Below, piece after piece: positions 8,391-19,833 of a stretch of 35,288 bases of DNA. The stretch comes from a virus, in UHGV virus genome UHGV-0246164; one strand, written 5' to 3'. Position numbers and translations under genes: made by a program. The notes below the pieces were generated by a model that saw only the letters and a list, made by a program, of their open reading frames with translations, was not told the DNA's origin and searched no databases. Position 1 is the first letter of the stretch, and every line of letters starts with the position of its first letter.

Positions 8391-8831
8391 TTAAAACTCC
8401 CCGAGCAGCTGGTCAATCTTGCCGCAGTCGAACACCCAGGCAACAGTCCCGCCCTCTTTGGCGTTATTGAAATCAGGCTGTTTCTGGAATGCACACGAAC
8501 GCGCAGTAGAAATATCACCCGATGCCGTGTTGCGAATGACGATCACGTTATTGCCCCAGGTGGCAGAGGACTGGCTTTGCGCGTTATACGCCAGAGACAG
8601 CTTCTTGTTCACGGGGGAGGTTTTCAGCAGCGTCACCGTAATGGTGCCTGACTTATCGGCGTGCAGGCTGTGCATCACTTCGCCATCGGCACCGATGGTC
8701 ATGGTGTTCTTGTTGCCGCCCATGGTCTGGGTGATACCTTCCTCAGAGTTCGCAGAACCCTGACCAAGATCGATAACGCCGGTCGGCCCGGTGAGCGACG
8801 CGGTTACATCGAGAAAAGAATAAGTTGCCAT
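8391..8831 (-). CDS. Tail tube protein
   Basis: 146 aa ORF immediately downstream of the sheath-like gene, typical size and position. Confidence 0.6.
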   Translation of the reverse strand: MATYSFLDVTASLTGPTGVIDLGQGSANSEEGITQTMGGNKNTMTIGADGEVMHSLHADKSGTITVTLLKTSPVNKKLSLAYNAQSQSSATWGNNVIVIRNTASGDISTARSCAFQKQPDFNNAKEGGTVAWVFDCGKIDQLLGEF

Positions 8832-8841
8832 TTATCGCTCC

Positions 8842-10002
8842 TTAGCGAACCACGTTGATCTGCACATCGGCATAATGAACTGCGCCAGCCAGCTTACAGG
8901 CCACCTCGATTAACGGTGCTTTGCGCGCTTCGCGGTCGGCCTGCGCCTGTTCGGACAGCGGTTGCGCATACACGTAATAGCCTTTGGTCAGCGTATCGCC
9001 GGAATTCAGCTGTCCGATAGGGCCACCATTCCACACGCCAGCCGCTACCAGACCGTTCGTGACGGACTGATCCATGGACTGTTCAACGTTGGAAAGCAGA
9101 CGGGTCACACCGGCATCAGTCTGCGGAATTTTGGTGGTGCTGGTGTAAAGCAGGTTATAGAGGTTGGTCTGAACGTAGTTCTGCAACCAGTCGAGCCCGT
9201 GGCGCTCGTCGAAGAAGTCACCGTTCGCCATGACACCCTGTTGCAGGATCGCCGTGTCGTTGGCGTAGTACACGAACACGTTCGCATTCTTCGCATCCAC
9301 AGCCGCCGCCTGTCCTACCGTCAGCGTTTCGTAGGTTACGCTCGGTTCCTGTTTGAATTTCAGGGTAATGGTGGTATTGCTGCCGTTGAAATTGACAGTA
9401 AACGCGCGACCGAAAGCTGAAACCGCCGCATAAGGGCTGCTGGTGGAATATTGAATAAAGGTACGGGAATACTTACCGGCCTTTAATTTAGACGCAACAT
9501 CGGTCGTCGAAGTCGTGCTGATGATCTCAGCGTCGGCTGACGTTACCCCGAAAATGCGGCTCAGGCTGGACGCTTCGATGAGTTTAGCAACCTCAATCAC
9601 GTCGTCAGCATCAAGCACATCATCGCCATCAGCAACATCATCAGCGACAACCAGCCCATACCAGTTGGTATACTGCAGGCAGGCATTAACAGCTTGCACG
9701 ATGGTTTCCACGCTTCCACCTTCGGAAGAGGTCAGCGTCTTCGCCCAGCGACCAACATAAACCTGTGTCGGCTTCGGTGACTGGCTGAAGAAAACCTGCG
9801 CTGCTTTATATTCCGGGCTGTCGACACCGAAGTCTTCGCCAATGTCCTCAACGGAAGCATATAGGCGAGTACGTTCTGTCACCGGAATGACAGTGGAAGA
9901 GCCAAGTATTAGCAATGCGCCGAAGTTACGACCAGTAGCCGCTTTCGGCGAGATGATCACATCAACGTTTACAACGTTGGATACAGGTAAGCCCTGCGTC
10001 AT
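8842..10002 (-). CDS. Tail sheath-like protein (DUF3383-type)
   Basis: 386 aa ORF followed by tube, chaperone and tape measure genes, the contractile-tail gene order. Confidence 0.55.
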   Translation of the reverse strand: MTQGLPVSNVVNVDVIISPKAATGRNFGALLILGSSTVIPVTERTRLYASVEDIGEDFGVDSPEYKAAQVFFSQSPKPTQVYVGRWAKTLTSSEGGSVETIVQAVNACLQYTNWYGLVVADDVADGDDVLDADDVIEVAKLIEASSLSRIFGVTSADAEIISTTSTTDVASKLKAGKYSRTFIQYSTSSPYAAVSAFGRAFTVNFNGSNTTITLKFKQEPSVTYETLTVGQAAAVDAKNANVFVYYANDTAILQQGVMANGDFFDERHGLDWLQNYVQTNLYNLLYTSTTKIPQTDAGVTRLLSNVEQSMDQSVTNGLVAAGVWNGGPIGQLNSGDTLTKGYYVYAQPLSEQAQADREARKAPLIEVACKLAGAVHYADVQINVVR

Positions 10003-10005
10003 AGT

Positions 10006-10611
10006 TTATTCTCCAAAAAAGGTGACTGGCGCTTCCACCAGCGATTTGATGCCATACTCGCGGACAACCTTCCGGCGCAGTCGCACCGTCATGTCGTAAC
10101 GGCGAACCCATTGCTGGTTGATAAGTTCGGGGAAAGGGGTCAGAGCGGTATAGTCGCCAAGGGATAAACCAAGCGCGTTCAGCTCAGCATTGTTTTGCGG
10201 GACAGATATACCATCGCGAAAACGGGACGCATAAGACATACCAGCCGGGCCGTAGAACGACGCCATGCACTCGAACGCTTCATGCCGCCAGAGCTGAGCG
10301 CCCTCTTCAGTCTGCCCGGTGAATGCAGGGTTGTTATCAATGAGCAACCCGGTAACGCCAAACGCGCACCAGTTCGTTTCAACGGGTGGCAGTGGCGGCT
10401 GATTTTTCTGCCAGCGCGGACGAACCATTCCAGACGGCAAGCCGGAAACATTGCGCATCCACTGGCTTAGCAGCCTGTCGAGCGCTTCGTCATAAGCCGG
10501 ATCTCCGCCGGTGGGTGTCAGCCATCCGAGCTCTGTACTGGTGTTATTGCTCAACGGGAGTTCCCCCATCAAACGGCAGTAATTCACAATGCGCCTGGAC
10601 AAAGCCAGCAC
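10006..10611 (-). CDS. Neck / tail-completion protein (putative)
   Basis: 201 aa ORF between head genes and sheath. Start uncertain because it overlaps the upstream ORF. Confidence 0.35.
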   Translation of the reverse strand: MLALSRRIVNYCRLMGELPLSNNTSTELGWLTPTGGDPAYDEALDRLLSQWMRNVSGLPSGMVRPRWQKNQPPLPPVETNWCAFGVTGLLIDNNPAFTGQTEEGAQLWRHEAFECMASFYGPAGMSYASRFRDGISVPQNNAELNALGLSLGDYTALTPFPELINQQWVRRYDMTVRLRRKVVREYGIKSLVEAPVTFFGE

Positions 10612-10933
10612 CGTAAGCTGTGTACGGGTCGACGAATGTCACACGATAATCACGGCTCTGGTACGTCACGATATCGGCATCACGGCCAGCCTGCCCCTGC
10701 GTCAGCCTCTCAGTCGTCACGATGAGAATCGCGCCACTGATAACCTGCCCGGCCTGCATGCGGCGGTTTTCCAGAGAGCGGTCAACAGTAACAACCCCGG
10801 CAAACTGCGTTTTAACTTCGCTGTCGCTGCCGATCCCGTCATCGTCCACCGTTTGCGCGCGACGCGTTACCCACAAATTGAAGTCGCAAAAATCGGGGTC
10901 AAAAAGCACGTCTGTTACATCAAGACTCGGCAT
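10544..10933 (-). CDS. Head-tail connector protein (putative)
   Basis: 129 aa ORF in the head-tail joining block. Start uncertain. Confidence 0.35.
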   Translation of the reverse strand: MPSLDVTDVLFDPDFCDFNLWVTRRAQTVDDDGIGSDSEVKTQFAGVVTVDRSLENRRMQAGQVISGAILIVTTERLTQGQAGRDADIVTYQSRDYRVTFVDPYTAYGAGFVQAHCELLPFDGGTPVEQ

Positions 10934-11474
10934 CTTTATCCCTCACAATATGGGTAATAGCTCTGCGATATTGCCCGGTGTCGATTAGCGGTTTCACCAG
11001 ATCGGTTCCAGGAGACTCACCAGCAGCGCGCCGCGCAAGTTCCTCTTTTGCCCCTTTGCGCCCACGGCGTGCGCGTGCTTCAACGGTGCTATCAGCAAGC
11101 GGTGTAAAGCCGGTAATGGTCATGTAACGCCTGACGCCATTCGCGGCCAGCGTTCCGGCGCGGTTAAGCGCTCTTTCCGCACCCGCCGCATTTCCATCAA
11201 GCGCAGCCTGCGCCGCTGCTTTGAGCTGCGGCACCGTCTGTTCCTCTACGGATTTAACGCCGGGGATCAGGTGCGGGCGTGGGGGTATGTTTTGCGCTGG
11301 TGAGCCGTATTCGTTGACGTAACCGATCCCGGCATTACCAAACGGAACATCCTCACGCTCGCTGTCTTCTTCCGGGATGCCCACCAGCACATCCTTTTTG
11401 GTTAGCGACCGGAGCGCATCCAGAATGGCCTGAGCGTTATCAACCCTCGTTGTTACACCACTTTTGAAACTCAT
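10920..11474 (-). CDS. Head-tail joining / head completion protein (putative)
   Basis: 184 aa ORF with 4-nt overlap with the upstream gene. Confidence 0.35.
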   Translation of the reverse strand: MSFKSGVTTRVDNAQAILDALRSLTKKDVLVGIPEEDSEREDVPFGNAGIGYVNEYGSPAQNIPPRPHLIPGVKSVEEQTVPQLKAAAQAALDGNAAGAERALNRAGTLAANGVRRYMTITGFTPLADSTVEARARRGRKGAKEELARRAAGESPGTDLVKPLIDTGQYRRAITHIVRDKDAES

Positions 11475-11878
11475 AGCTGGCGACCGCCCGCACCGAACAT
11501 CGTGATCAGCTGATAAAATTCAGCGCCATATCGGGTGTTATTCCAGAAGCCTGCGTCAGGGTTTAGCGTCGCGCTGGTGTCATAGCTGACGCTTACCTTG
11601 TCAACGGACTTGGAGGACTGAACACCATTGGTTGAGCCACCCGAGCCGCCGACGAGCATTGCCCGGCTATCTGCCGCCCAGAGCGTCATGTAGTGAGCCA
11701 CGAACAACTCGACAAAGTACGGAAACAACTCTTTGCCGGTGACGTTTTCGCTCAGCAGCACATCAGCCAGATTCAGACGAAACTGGATTTGTGCTTCGGG
11801 ATATTTGGCAGGGTCAGCAAACTGTGGAAAGTCGCGCCGAAAATCACTTACTGTTGGCAGGCTTTGATTCTTTGGCAT
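11471..11878 (-). CDS. Head-tail adaptor protein (putative)
   Basis: Track ORF begins at 11977. An internal ATG at 11878 (MPKNQSL...) shortens the overlap with the upstream gene from about 134 nt to about 35 nt. Confidence 0.35.
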   Translation of the reverse strand: MPKNQSLPTVSDFRRDFPQFADPAKYPEAQIQFRLNLADVLLSENVTGKELFPYFVELFVAHYMTLWAADSRAMLVGGSGGSTNGVQSSKSVDKVSVSYDTSATLNPDAGFWNNTRYGAEFYQLITMFGAGGRQL

Positions 11879-12233
11879 CTTTCGCCCCATTACCGCCAGT
11901 CTGGGCGGCAGCAATCTGCGCTTGCAGGCTGTCGTTCTGCTCTTGCAGCTTGAGCAGCGCTTCTCGCAGATCGGCAATCAACTGATCTTTATCGATAATC
12001 TGCTTATCTTTGTCGGCAATCTGAGCTTGCAGGCTGTCGATAATGGGTTGCAGATCATCGGTGTCGCTAATCACGCTTTCGGAAAGCTCGGAGTGCGCCT
12101 GGGTGAACCAGTGCGACGCGACCTCTTCCGGTACGTTATGCCGTCCCCGGCCAAACTCCCTTTTTGACTGATCGCCGAGCGTCAGCGTAAACGGGGTGTG
12201 AACATGGATGGTAACCAGCTTTTCTTTCGCCAT
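11844..12233 (-). CDS. Coiled-coil structural protein (putative)
   Basis: 129 aa ORF downstream of the major capsid gene with a heptad-like Gln/Ala/Leu-rich C-terminus. Confidence 0.35.
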   Translation of the reverse strand: MAKEKLVTIHVHTPFTLTLGDQSKREFGRGRHNVPEEVASHWFTQAHSELSESVISDTDDLQPIIDSLQAQIADKDKQIIDKDQLIADLREALLKLQEQNDSLQAQIAAAQTGGNGAKDAKESKPANSK

Positions 12234-12274
12234 TTTCAGTTCCCTTCTGGCCCCTTTCGGGGCCGTTCTGGTTA

Positions 12275-13216
12275 TCAGATACCGTCCACGTAGGACAGGG
12301 TTTCTTTGTACACTGGCTCAACCGCACCGAGCTTGCCGTAGTAGGTCGCAATCTGATACAGACCGCGATACTGGACAGGAACGCTCTGCAACGGCACCAG
12401 CGGATAGCGCACGTATTTCTTGTCGTTGGTGTAGGCGATCATACGGTCTTTACCGCCAACCCCACGCCCTTTCAGCCATTTGACCGCTTTGATTTCAAGC
12501 GGAACGCCGTTCTGGTGGAAAGCGATAGTGTTCACAGCCAGATAGGTCAGCAGTGACTGGTTACCCGCTTCGGAAACCTTACGGCTCGCCAGCAGTGAAT
12601 ACTGCTCTGGCGGAATGCGCAGATCAGAAGGCACGATGGAATAACCGGATGCTGCCCAGGCATTAGACAGAATGCTGTTCACGCTATCGAGGATCTCGTC
12701 GTTGGTTGAGTTCGCCCAGATCTTCGGCGCGTTGTTCAGCGTCACACCGACGAGGTTTGCCAGACCTTTCAGGCCGAGTGCGTCATCGCCGATGTAAACC
12801 TGCTCGTCGTTGTCCATCTGCCATTTGAGCTGCATCCCGTCGTACTTCTGGGTATCAATCGGGCGACCTACCTGCTGAGCTGCTGCCAGCTCTACAACGG
12901 TCCAGCCCAGTTCCATGCCCCAGAGGTTCAGTGGATTGCCGTCTTTGCTGATATCCACGTTCACGCCAGCAATAGCGGTGGAGTCTTTGCCTACCCAGTT
13001 TTTACCATTCGGATTTGCGCCAGTACCAGCAGCGCCAAAACTGGTGTTAGTCCAGCTGGAAATGTCATCTGCGATAGAAACGTCTTCACGCAGCTGAATA
13101 TCGCGGGTCCAGGTGTAACCCACCAGCGGCAGGTTCAGCGTCTGGTCGAGTCGCTCCAGCTCCCCGATGAGAAAGGCACCAGAGCTATCAACGGTTGCCT
13201 GATCAAAAGTAATCAT
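12275..13216 (-). CDS. Major capsid protein
   Basis: 313 aa ORF in the canonical position after portal, protease/scaffold and a small decoration-like gene. Confidence 0.6.
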   Translation of the reverse strand: MITFDQATVDSSGAFLIGELERLDQTLNLPLVGYTWTRDIQLREDVSIADDISSWTNTSFGAAGTGANPNGKNWVGKDSTAIAGVNVDISKDGNPLNLWGMELGWTVVELAAAQQVGRPIDTQKYDGMQLKWQMDNDEQVYIGDDALGLKGLANLVGVTLNNAPKIWANSTNDEILDSVNSILSNAWAASGYSIVPSDLRIPPEQYSLLASRKVSEAGNQSLLTYLAVNTIAFHQNGVPLEIKAVKWLKGRGVGGKDRMIAYTNDKKYVRYPLVPLQSVPVQYRGLYQIATYYGKLGAVEPVYKETLSYVDGI

Positions 13217-13227
13217 TCGTCTGTTCC

Positions 13228-13731
13228 TTAAATCTTCCAGGAGATTTCTGCATTGCCGTTAGCGTCACCGGCCCCTGTGAATTCGGCGTTGGTCAGCGCC
13301 ACGTTTTTGCCACTGACGGACGTGGACATGAAGCCGCCCAGCGGCACTTTGATGGATTCATCAGTGGAGACGACAACGTATACCGGGTCGCCTTTTTTGA
13401 TGGTGCTGGCATCAAAATCAGAACCGAGATTAACGGTCATGTAGCCACGCTTCATGGCGTCACCCGGGAAGTTCTTATCCGTCCCCACCTGGCGAACCAT
13501 GTCTGGCTGCGATGTGGTCGGATACGGACGAACGTAGATCCCCTTCACCTTGTCGGCGGTGTCACCGTCCGCCAGCGGCACGAAAAAGCCGTCAGCGTCA
13601 TATTTGCCAGCCAGACCATAGGCAGCGAAGGCGTTAGCGGATTTAAGGATCACCGGTTCGACGGTTAAGTCCTGCGGGCGAGAGATAGCCCCGCCAATGC
13701 CAACAGGCATCCGGAACAGATATGCAGTCAT
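13228..13731 (-). CDS. Head decoration / structural protein (putative)
   Basis: 167 aa ORF between the scaffold/protease and major capsid genes. Confidence 0.4.
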   Translation of the reverse strand: MTAYLFRMPVGIGGAISRPQDLTVEPVILKSANAFAAYGLAGKYDADGFFVPLADGDTADKVKGIYVRPYPTTSQPDMVRQVGTDKNFPGDAMKRGYMTVNLGSDFDASTIKKGDPVYVVVSTDESIKVPLGGFMSTSVSGKNVALTNAEFTGAGDANGNAEISWKI

Positions 13732-13735
13732 TGGA

Positions 13736-14956
13736 TTATCCTTTGCGGTTAGACCAGAAGTCGGCGTTTTGTTTGTTCAGGGAAGCGATGCTGGTCATGC
13801 CCATATTTGGACGTTGTGCATCGCCCGTGGTGCTGCGGGTGTTTCGCCCTTTGGCAATCTCTGACACGGCGTTAAACGCCATATCTACCGATTGCTTGGG
13901 CAATTTGCGGATATCCGCATCACCGACAACCTGGCGAACCAGTGTTTTGTCAGCGGCAGCCAGCACATCACGTTTGAACGCGGTCGGTTTCACCTTACGG
14001 CTCAGATCGATACCCGGGACGATAACTTCGGCACGATAAGCAGCGTCACCAGTAATCGTGGTTTCTTCTTCATCGTCCTCGCCGTCACCGGTCGGATTAT
14101 CGTCAGGCTTATTGTCGTTATCGCCCGTCGCAGTTCCTTCGAGCTTAGCCAGCAGGGCTTTGAGCAAGGTTTTGATATCGTCCTCGCCGTCGCCGGTTGG
14201 CTCTCCGCCCATTTCCGGCTTTTTGTCCGGCAATGGTTGCTGCGGTGAAAGGTTAATGTTGAGGTTAACGCCGCTCGGCAGATCCCCTTCGTCACCCGTT
14301 ACCGCCGCTGGCGCAGAGTCCAGCAGTTCGTTCATGGTGTCAGCGTCACCCGTTTTGATGGCCGTGCGCATGCGGGTCCACCAGCTTTTCTTTTGATTTG
14401 CCATTGTGTCTCTGTCTCCAATTGCACAACGATTTCCGGCTCTGCCTTTAGGGACAAGAGCCACATGGTTTCCGGTAATATCGACCTGCTCGGCTTTACC
14501 TGGCTCGGTCTGCTCGTACTCCGCGTCATAGCCGCACGACACTTCGCGCAGACCATCTTCGATAAGCTGAATGGCGCTTTCGTCTTTGACGATAAGGTCT
14601 GCCAGCATCAAATCAGACTGATCACCAGTCCCGCGCCGGACATTCTGGAGGTGCCCGACAGCAAACTCTTTCCAGTTCTCGGGATTTACCAGCCGCACAT
14701 TCCCGTTTTCATCTTCAGGATGCAGGATCGTGATGCTCATCCCTTCGAATGAGGCGAGCGTGGCCGGATGGAATACCTGCTCAGGAGAACGCGTGACGAC
14801 TATTTCACCGAACTTATCGGGTTTCAGTTTTGGCAGGTCATCAGCACCATAGAGCTGCTTACCTGTTCGTCCTATCGGCACGTCTTTGCACAGCAGCGAG
14901 CCGTCAGCCAGCTGATAACGGGTTTCCCCCAGCCGGGTATTGAAAAAATATTTCAT
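13736..14956 (-). CDS. Prohead protease / scaffolding protein (DUF2213-like) with acidic repeat region
   Basis: 406 aa ORF with an acidic low-complexity central segment (TGDGEDD repeated). Lies between the minor head and capsid genes. Confidence 0.5.
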   Translation of the reverse strand: MKYFFNTRLGETRYQLADGSLLCKDVPIGRTGKQLYGADDLPKLKPDKFGEIVVTRSPEQVFHPATLASFEGMSITILHPEDENGNVRLVNPENWKEFAVGHLQNVRRGTGDQSDLMLADLIVKDESAIQLIEDGLREVSCGYDAEYEQTEPGKAEQVDITGNHVALVPKGRAGNRCAIGDRDTMANQKKSWWTRMRTAIKTGDADTMNELLDSAPAAVTGDEGDLPSGVNLNINLSPQQPLPDKKPEMGGEPTGDGEDDIKTLLKALLAKLEGTATGDNDNKPDDNPTGDGEDDEEETTITGDAAYRAEVIVPGIDLSRKVKPTAFKRDVLAAADKTLVRQVVGDADIRKLPKQSVDMAFNAVSEIAKGRNTRSTTGDAQRPNMGMTSIASLNKQNADFWSNRKG

Positions 14957-14970
14957 GGTTTACCTGCGAT

Positions 14971-15744
14971 TCAGGCGAGATAAGAATGAGGGTTGGGGAA
15001 GACGATTTCTTTGTAACAGCGGCAGTTCGGGAGCTCGCCAGCGTGACCGGTCATGCCGTCAAGCGTTGGAGGTCGGCCCCATTCGACAAACTTCCCTTCC
15101 ATCTCTCGATGAGAATGCCGGACGTCGCCATCTTCGGCTGTACGCCAGATATAACCATTCGAGCCGATTGACAGCGCACGCGCCTGATCCAGTGCACCGG
15201 TTGCGCGCCCAAGCTCAGTCCGGGCGATAAGGTTCGCTCGTGAGCGTGACACGTCACCGGAAGCAGCTATCTCTTTCGCGAATGGCTCAGCGCGGCCACC
15301 AGTCACAACAGCCTCGATGGCTTTGTTCTGAATGTCATACACCCGATCGGCGGCCTCAAGAGGCAGCGATTTAATGTACTTAATTTGCTCGGCAACGATG
15401 GATTTCATCACCTGGCCTACCGGGGCGCGGTCAACCATGTTGCGCAGCTCTGCGCTGATGTTCCGGCTGTGCTGACGCCACTGCTTTTCATTCTGGCGCG
15501 CTATGTCTGCGGTGAAGTTCTCAGCAACCTTCGTCGCCCAGGGGGTGATGATTTCGCTGTAGCGCTCCAGCGCATCCATTATTTCGGTGACGCTATCGTT
15601 TGAACCATCGTAGCGCCCATTTACGATATCCCCGACCGCCCGCGCTATCTGCCGTAGGCTCGTTCGATATCGGATCTCCGCCTGGCGACTCTGGCGGTTT
15701 GTCGCCAAGTTCGCCGATGCCTGGCGGCGCTTCGTCTTCGGCAT
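14971..15744 (-). CDS. Phage head morphogenesis protein (SPP1 gp7 / Mu F-like)
   Basis: 257 aa ORF. GAGGA Shine-Dalgarno 9 nt before ATG 15744. Overlaps the portal 3' end by 152 nt in another frame. Confidence 0.6.
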   Translation of the reverse strand: MPKTKRRQASANLATNRQSRQAEIRYRTSLRQIARAVGDIVNGRYDGSNDSVTEIMDALERYSEIITPWATKVAENFTADIARQNEKQWRQHSRNISAELRNMVDRAPVGQVMKSIVAEQIKYIKSLPLEAADRVYDIQNKAIEAVVTGGRAEPFAKEIAASGDVSRSRANLIARTELGRATGALDQARALSIGSNGYIWRTAEDGDVRHSHREMEGKFVEWGRPPTLDGMTGHAGELPNCRCYKEIVFPNPHSYLA

Positions 15745-17062
15745 TCTCGATATCCTCGTCGGTAATGGATGCCCCGATGCCGGTGACGTCAGAGTTTTCG
15801 CGCAGGTCGGTCATCGCCGCCTTACGCGTCATCAATCCGTCGCCCAGCGCGGTACTGATCGCGTTGGTGGTGTTTACGGCCACCGTTGATCGGTCAACGT
15901 CTGACATTTGCCATAGCGGGTTAAACTCAAACGTGAAATCGTCCGGCAGCGGCTTTCCGAGTTCCGAGCGGTGCATAATGTCCAGTATCCGGCGCATCGG
16001 CAGCCGTAAGCGGCGCTCCTGCAATGAGCTCACCCGGTCGTAATAGTTGGCGAGGTCTGCATCACCAGTAGAGAAGCCTTTCGGGGATTGACCGAACAGG
16101 CGTACCAGCGGGATACCAACGGCACCGCTGATCTGCTCAGCGAACTGCGAAAGAATGTCATCCAGACCACTGAAGCTGTACTGGTGGGTTTCGAACTTGT
16201 CCCGCGAGTCCATGAGCGTCATGCCTTCATTACTCTGGAACTGGCGGATCAGGTCGATGTTCTTCAGCAGCGCCTCGAACGCCGGGCCACCAAGCGCGAT
16301 AAGCTCGCGCAGCTTCTCCACGCTGTAGGTGCGCAGATGCGCTTTGTAGACCAGTTGCGCCGCGCCGACAGTGGCGCTATCGAACGCAGTAAGCCGATCC
16401 CAGATACGCTCTACAACCGACATTCCCCATTCGTTTTCGGTCATCTTCTGCTGGAATGGCAGCGTGACGCCATCAAAGCGGATCAGGCGGCTGTGATGGA
16501 TGCGCCAGGCCGGAATGCCCGTTGCGGTGGTCACCACGTCGTAAAACTCAGGCTTGCCGAGGTCCGGCCCCATCTCTTTAATGCGGCGTGTCAGCACCGG
16601 GTTAATCATCCAGCGGTCGAGCGGGAGAATGCCCTTAAACTTGCCCTCGCCAATGGTTTCGAGTCGCAGCGGGGTCATTGGTGCTTGCCCCTCGATCATG
16701 ATGAAGCCGACCGCGCCGCCGTAGAGGCGCGACCATTTCAGCACGTCGTTCAGCGCATCCCAGATCTGCAACTCATCCAGTTGCGCTTCGAGGGTGCCAC
16801 GGTCTTTGGCGTCAATCTCCGAAGTGATGCGAATGCCCTTTCGGGTCATATCGTCCGGGATAGCGTCGACCGCTTCACCGATAACCCACGAACCGCGATA
16901 TGACCATTCCACCAGCATGCGGTTGCGGCTGGTGAAGTTCGCCCGGTAGGTCGATGCTGAATGCTGGTTAGGCGTCTGCATCCCAACGCGGGCGAAGAAG
17001 TTCTCGTAGCCGTCAGCGGTGGCCTGTGCCGTTCGCTGAGAGGATTGCTTGTTTCGTGCCAT
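15593..17062 (-). CDS. Portal protein
   Basis: 489 aa ORF immediately downstream of the large terminase gene, with 1-nt overlap. Confidence 0.7.
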   Translation of the reverse strand: MARNKQSSQRTAQATADGYENFFARVGMQTPNQHSASTYRANFTSRNRMLVEWSYRGSWVIGEAVDAIPDDMTRKGIRITSEIDAKDRGTLEAQLDELQIWDALNDVLKWSRLYGGAVGFIMIEGQAPMTPLRLETIGEGKFKGILPLDRWMINPVLTRRIKEMGPDLGKPEFYDVVTTATGIPAWRIHHSRLIRFDGVTLPFQQKMTENEWGMSVVERIWDRLTAFDSATVGAAQLVYKAHLRTYSVEKLRELIALGGPAFEALLKNIDLIRQFQSNEGMTLMDSRDKFETHQYSFSGLDDILSQFAEQISGAVGIPLVRLFGQSPKGFSTGDADLANYYDRVSSLQERRLRLPMRRILDIMHRSELGKPLPDDFTFEFNPLWQMSDVDRSTVAVNTTNAISTALGDGLMTRKAAMTDLRENSDVTGIGASITDEDIENAEDEAPPGIGELGDKPPESPGGDPISNEPTADSAGGRGYRKWALRWFKR

Positions 17063-18690
17063 CAGGCCTGTCTCCCTAGCAGCTCCCAGATGTTCAGGGC
17101 TGAATTCATTGGCGCGTAGCTGATCATCACCGAGTCGGCGAGGTTCGGCGACTTGGTGCCATCAGGCTGTTTATCAACAACGATTTTCCCCACGCCATTA
17201 ATGGAGTAGGTCGGCTGCGACAGCTCGATGATGAGTTTGTCTTTGCTCGCCATGGCGCTGCTGATTGAGATGATTTCGTCCGGGTTGTAGGCCATGCCCT
17301 CAACCACGGCGCGATAGGTGTTCTGGAAAAGCTTGCGTAGCCACCACCAGCTCTGGGCCTTGGCGTTGGCGAAGAAGTCCTTGTTCAGGCGTGCGGCCTG
17401 TCCGTTGTCCCCGCGCACCGCTTCATCGTCCGGATCAAATACCGCGCCGCTACCACGAAACGGTGTGGCGAGTATTGACGGTCGGCGCGCAGCGTTACGC
17501 AGTTCGTTGATGGCGCGTGCATCGCCGCGAACGCCAGCGCCCAGGCCGTCCTCGTCGAAGCGAAATTCTTCGAGGTTGTCCTGTTCGCAAAAGCCGAAGA
17601 CCTTCTCAACGGACTGGTAAATGTCGCTGCCCACGCCGGACCATTCACGCACGTTCTCCAGAAGGAAGCCGTGACGGGTCGAAAAGGCATTTTTGTCCCG
17701 GCCTTCGTCGGCGACGTCCATCGCGCCCAGTCGCTTGCCCGTTGGCTGAATACCAAGTTTGATATGCGCGTCGACGGCAGCCTGTACCCAGTCGGACGGG
17801 ATCAGGACGCCTTCCGCAGATGCGCTGTAGTTCAGGTCAAGTTCCTGCGCCACCACCACCGGATTGTCGATTTTCTCGCACTCCCTGCGATACCACTCTT
17901 CATCCTTGCGAGGATCATCCCGCCAGTGGAATGTGAATACCGGTATCTTCCCGCCGTGACGCTTCTGCGCGAACGGGTTCGCCATGCCATTAACCGAGCT
18001 CAGGTCAATACGGCAACGGGTGGTTTGCGACAGCGCCGCATCAATCAACAGAGGACGCTGGAGGAATGCAGCTTCATCCACCAGGTAGAGCGTGGTACGG
18101 TCACCACGACCGATATTGTCGCCAGCCTCGCCTTTGATGACCGCGCCAGTATCGGGAAACTCAACGCGCATATACGGCGCATGCTTCTTCTCGTCCCACG
18201 AACCACGAAACTCGATGGGCAGTGTTTCCACGAACTTTCGCGCCTTCCAGAACAGCGCCTTCGGGTCACCGGTGCTGTCGACGTATTCCTCTTTACGGGA
18301 GCCGAAACCGATAACCATTTCTTTGTTGAAGAGACAAAGCGAGCAGGCCAGCCCGATCGCGGTCCAACTGAGCCCCATTTCGCGGCTCTTTTCGGTGATG
18401 CCGTTCTCCAGTCGTTCGCGCCGCTCCATGATCCAGTGAATCCACTCTTCCTGTTTCGGGAACAGCAGAAAAGGGATGGTGACCGGCAGGCCATAATCGA
18501 TGTTACGCGGGTCAGTAGTCATACCCCAGTCGATGATGAACTGTGCCGGGTTGGTGCGATAAAACTGCTTTAGCGCTGGCAGCATTTCAGGGTTCTGGCG
18601 AATGCGCTGTAAGCGCTCCATCCGCCATTCAAAAACCATCTGGTAATCAGGGTTTCTGAAATCGAATTCAAACGGGAGAGGCATGATCAC
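17062..18690 (-). CDS. Terminase large subunit
   Basis: 542 aa ORF. Has a candidate Walker-A-like segment (FGSRKEE) and acidic nuclease-type motifs. Overlaps the small subunit gene by 4 nt. Confidence 0.8.
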   Translation of the reverse strand: MIMPLPFEFDFRNPDYQMVFEWRMERLQRIRQNPEMLPALKQFYRTNPAQFIIDWGMTTDPRNIDYGLPVTIPFLLFPKQEEWIHWIMERRERLENGITEKSREMGLSWTAIGLACSLCLFNKEMVIGFGSRKEEYVDSTGDPKALFWKARKFVETLPIEFRGSWDEKKHAPYMRVEFPDTGAVIKGEAGDNIGRGDRTTLYLVDEAAFLQRPLLIDAALSQTTRCRIDLSSVNGMANPFAQKRHGGKIPVFTFHWRDDPRKDEEWYRRECEKIDNPVVVAQELDLNYSASAEGVLIPSDWVQAAVDAHIKLGIQPTGKRLGAMDVADEGRDKNAFSTRHGFLLENVREWSGVGSDIYQSVEKVFGFCEQDNLEEFRFDEDGLGAGVRGDARAINELRNAARRPSILATPFRGSGAVFDPDDEAVRGDNGQAARLNKDFFANAKAQSWWWLRKLFQNTYRAVVEGMAYNPDEIISISSAMASKDKLIIELSQPTYSINGVGKIVVDKQPDGTKSPNLADSVMISYAPMNSALNIWELLGRQA

Positions 18691-19160
18691 CCCATCATCT
18701 TGCGGTAAATCTCTGCGGCCTGATCTGCGGTGAGGTTGGTCGTCTCGGTCTTGATCGGGCCGCCATCCTTGCCAGTGCTCTCAACCTTCAGCTTATTGGT
18801 GTAAGCGTCGCCAACCTCTTTCGCGGCCTGTTCGATAAGCTGCGCCGTCAGGGAGAAGTTTTTCATCCCCTCGGTTTTGGTTGCCATGCGGTCAAGCACG
18901 CGGAGGCGATAGGATTTGTTCGCTATCGGAATGTCGCTGGTTTCGGTCAGGAACCGTTCGCGCGTCGCGTGGAACATCTCGATCCACTTTTTGGCGAGCG
19001 TCTTACCGCTGGCCTTCGTGGGGTCGTGAGATTCAGCCTGCTGGCGGGTGATCCTGATCCCGAATTCTTTTTGGACAGCCTCGACCACCTGCGATGGCGT
19101 GTCATAGCACGCAAGCGACTGAATGATGAAGGCTTTCACATCAGGTTTTAATGCAGCCAT
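18687..19160 (-). CDS. Terminase small subunit (DUF2280-like)
   Basis: 157 aa ORF immediately upstream of and overlapping the large terminase gene. Confidence 0.55.
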   Translation of the reverse strand: MAALKPDVKAFIIQSLACYDTPSQVVEAVQKEFGIRITRQQAESHDPTKASGKTLAKKWIEMFHATRERFLTETSDIPIANKSYRLRVLDRMATKTEGMKNFSLTAQLIEQAAKEVGDAYTNKLKVESTGKDGGPIKTETTNLTADQAAEIYRKMMG

Positions 19161-19191
19161 AAATCACCATTCGTCTTATACAGTCCAGTAT

Positions 19192-19830
19192 TTAAGCCAG
19201 TCGCAGCATGCACGTCCCGCACGCTCTGGCGATGTTAAGTTTTGCCACCTCTGCAGGTTGATTGGCTGCGTCCACCAGCTCTTGCACGTCAGTGCTCGCC
19301 CCGTATCGACGTACTACACCGACAAACTCTTCGACATCGTGGCCGCGCAATGTGAGAACTGGCTGCCCGGTCTCTTTGTTGAACTTAGGTGCGCCGAAAT
19401 CATCGGTGGCCTGGGCAATGTGGTAAAGCTCATGCTCTACCAGGGCGCAGAATTCAAGGTCGCTGCATTGTGAGCAGTAGTCGGCTGCCAGCGTGATGAT
19501 GAACTTCGGGATGCGTCCGAACCATTCATACATCTGCTGTTCCATTCTGGCTTTCTGCCAACCACCTGCGCGGAGCATTACCTGTTCGGCCTGTCCGAGA
19601 ACGTAGCGCCCTTTCTTCGCGAATGAGTCAGAAGCCCACATAAAACACAAATCAGCTTCCATTAAATGGGCGTGGTCTGGGTTATGGATGCTTCCGCTAT
19701 CGCTGAGGATTTGATGGCTTATCCAGTCATGCACTTCATTGGCGGGAATCAATCTGGTGTAGGGCTGCCAGTTATCAGGGCCAATGAAATTAACTGGTGG
19801 AAGTGGCCTGCGCTCGTCTTCGTTCACCAT
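19192..19830 (-). CDS. HExxH-motif protein, putative zinc metallopeptidase
   Basis: 212 aa ORF containing HELYH within VEHELYHIAQATDD, plus several Cys (CSQCSD, CGTC). Confidence 0.5.
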   Translation of the reverse strand: MVNEDERRPLPPVNFIGPDNWQPYTRLIPANEVHDWISHQILSDSGSIHNPDHAHLMEADLCFMWASDSFAKKGRYVLGQAEQVMLRAGGWQKARMEQQMYEWFGRIPKFIITLAADYCSQCSDLEFCALVEHELYHIAQATDDFGAPKFNKETGQPVLTLRGHDVEEFVGVVRRYGASTDVQELVDAANQPAEVAKLNIARACGTCMLRLA

Positions 19831-19833
19831 GAG

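Noticed and set aside
14058-14396. Ser/Pro-rich repetitive plus-strand ORF ([23 protein letters not shown]...)
   Set aside because: It is the antisense reading of the acidic repeat region of the scaffold/protease gene, so the repeat is real at DNA level but the ORF is a mirror artefact.
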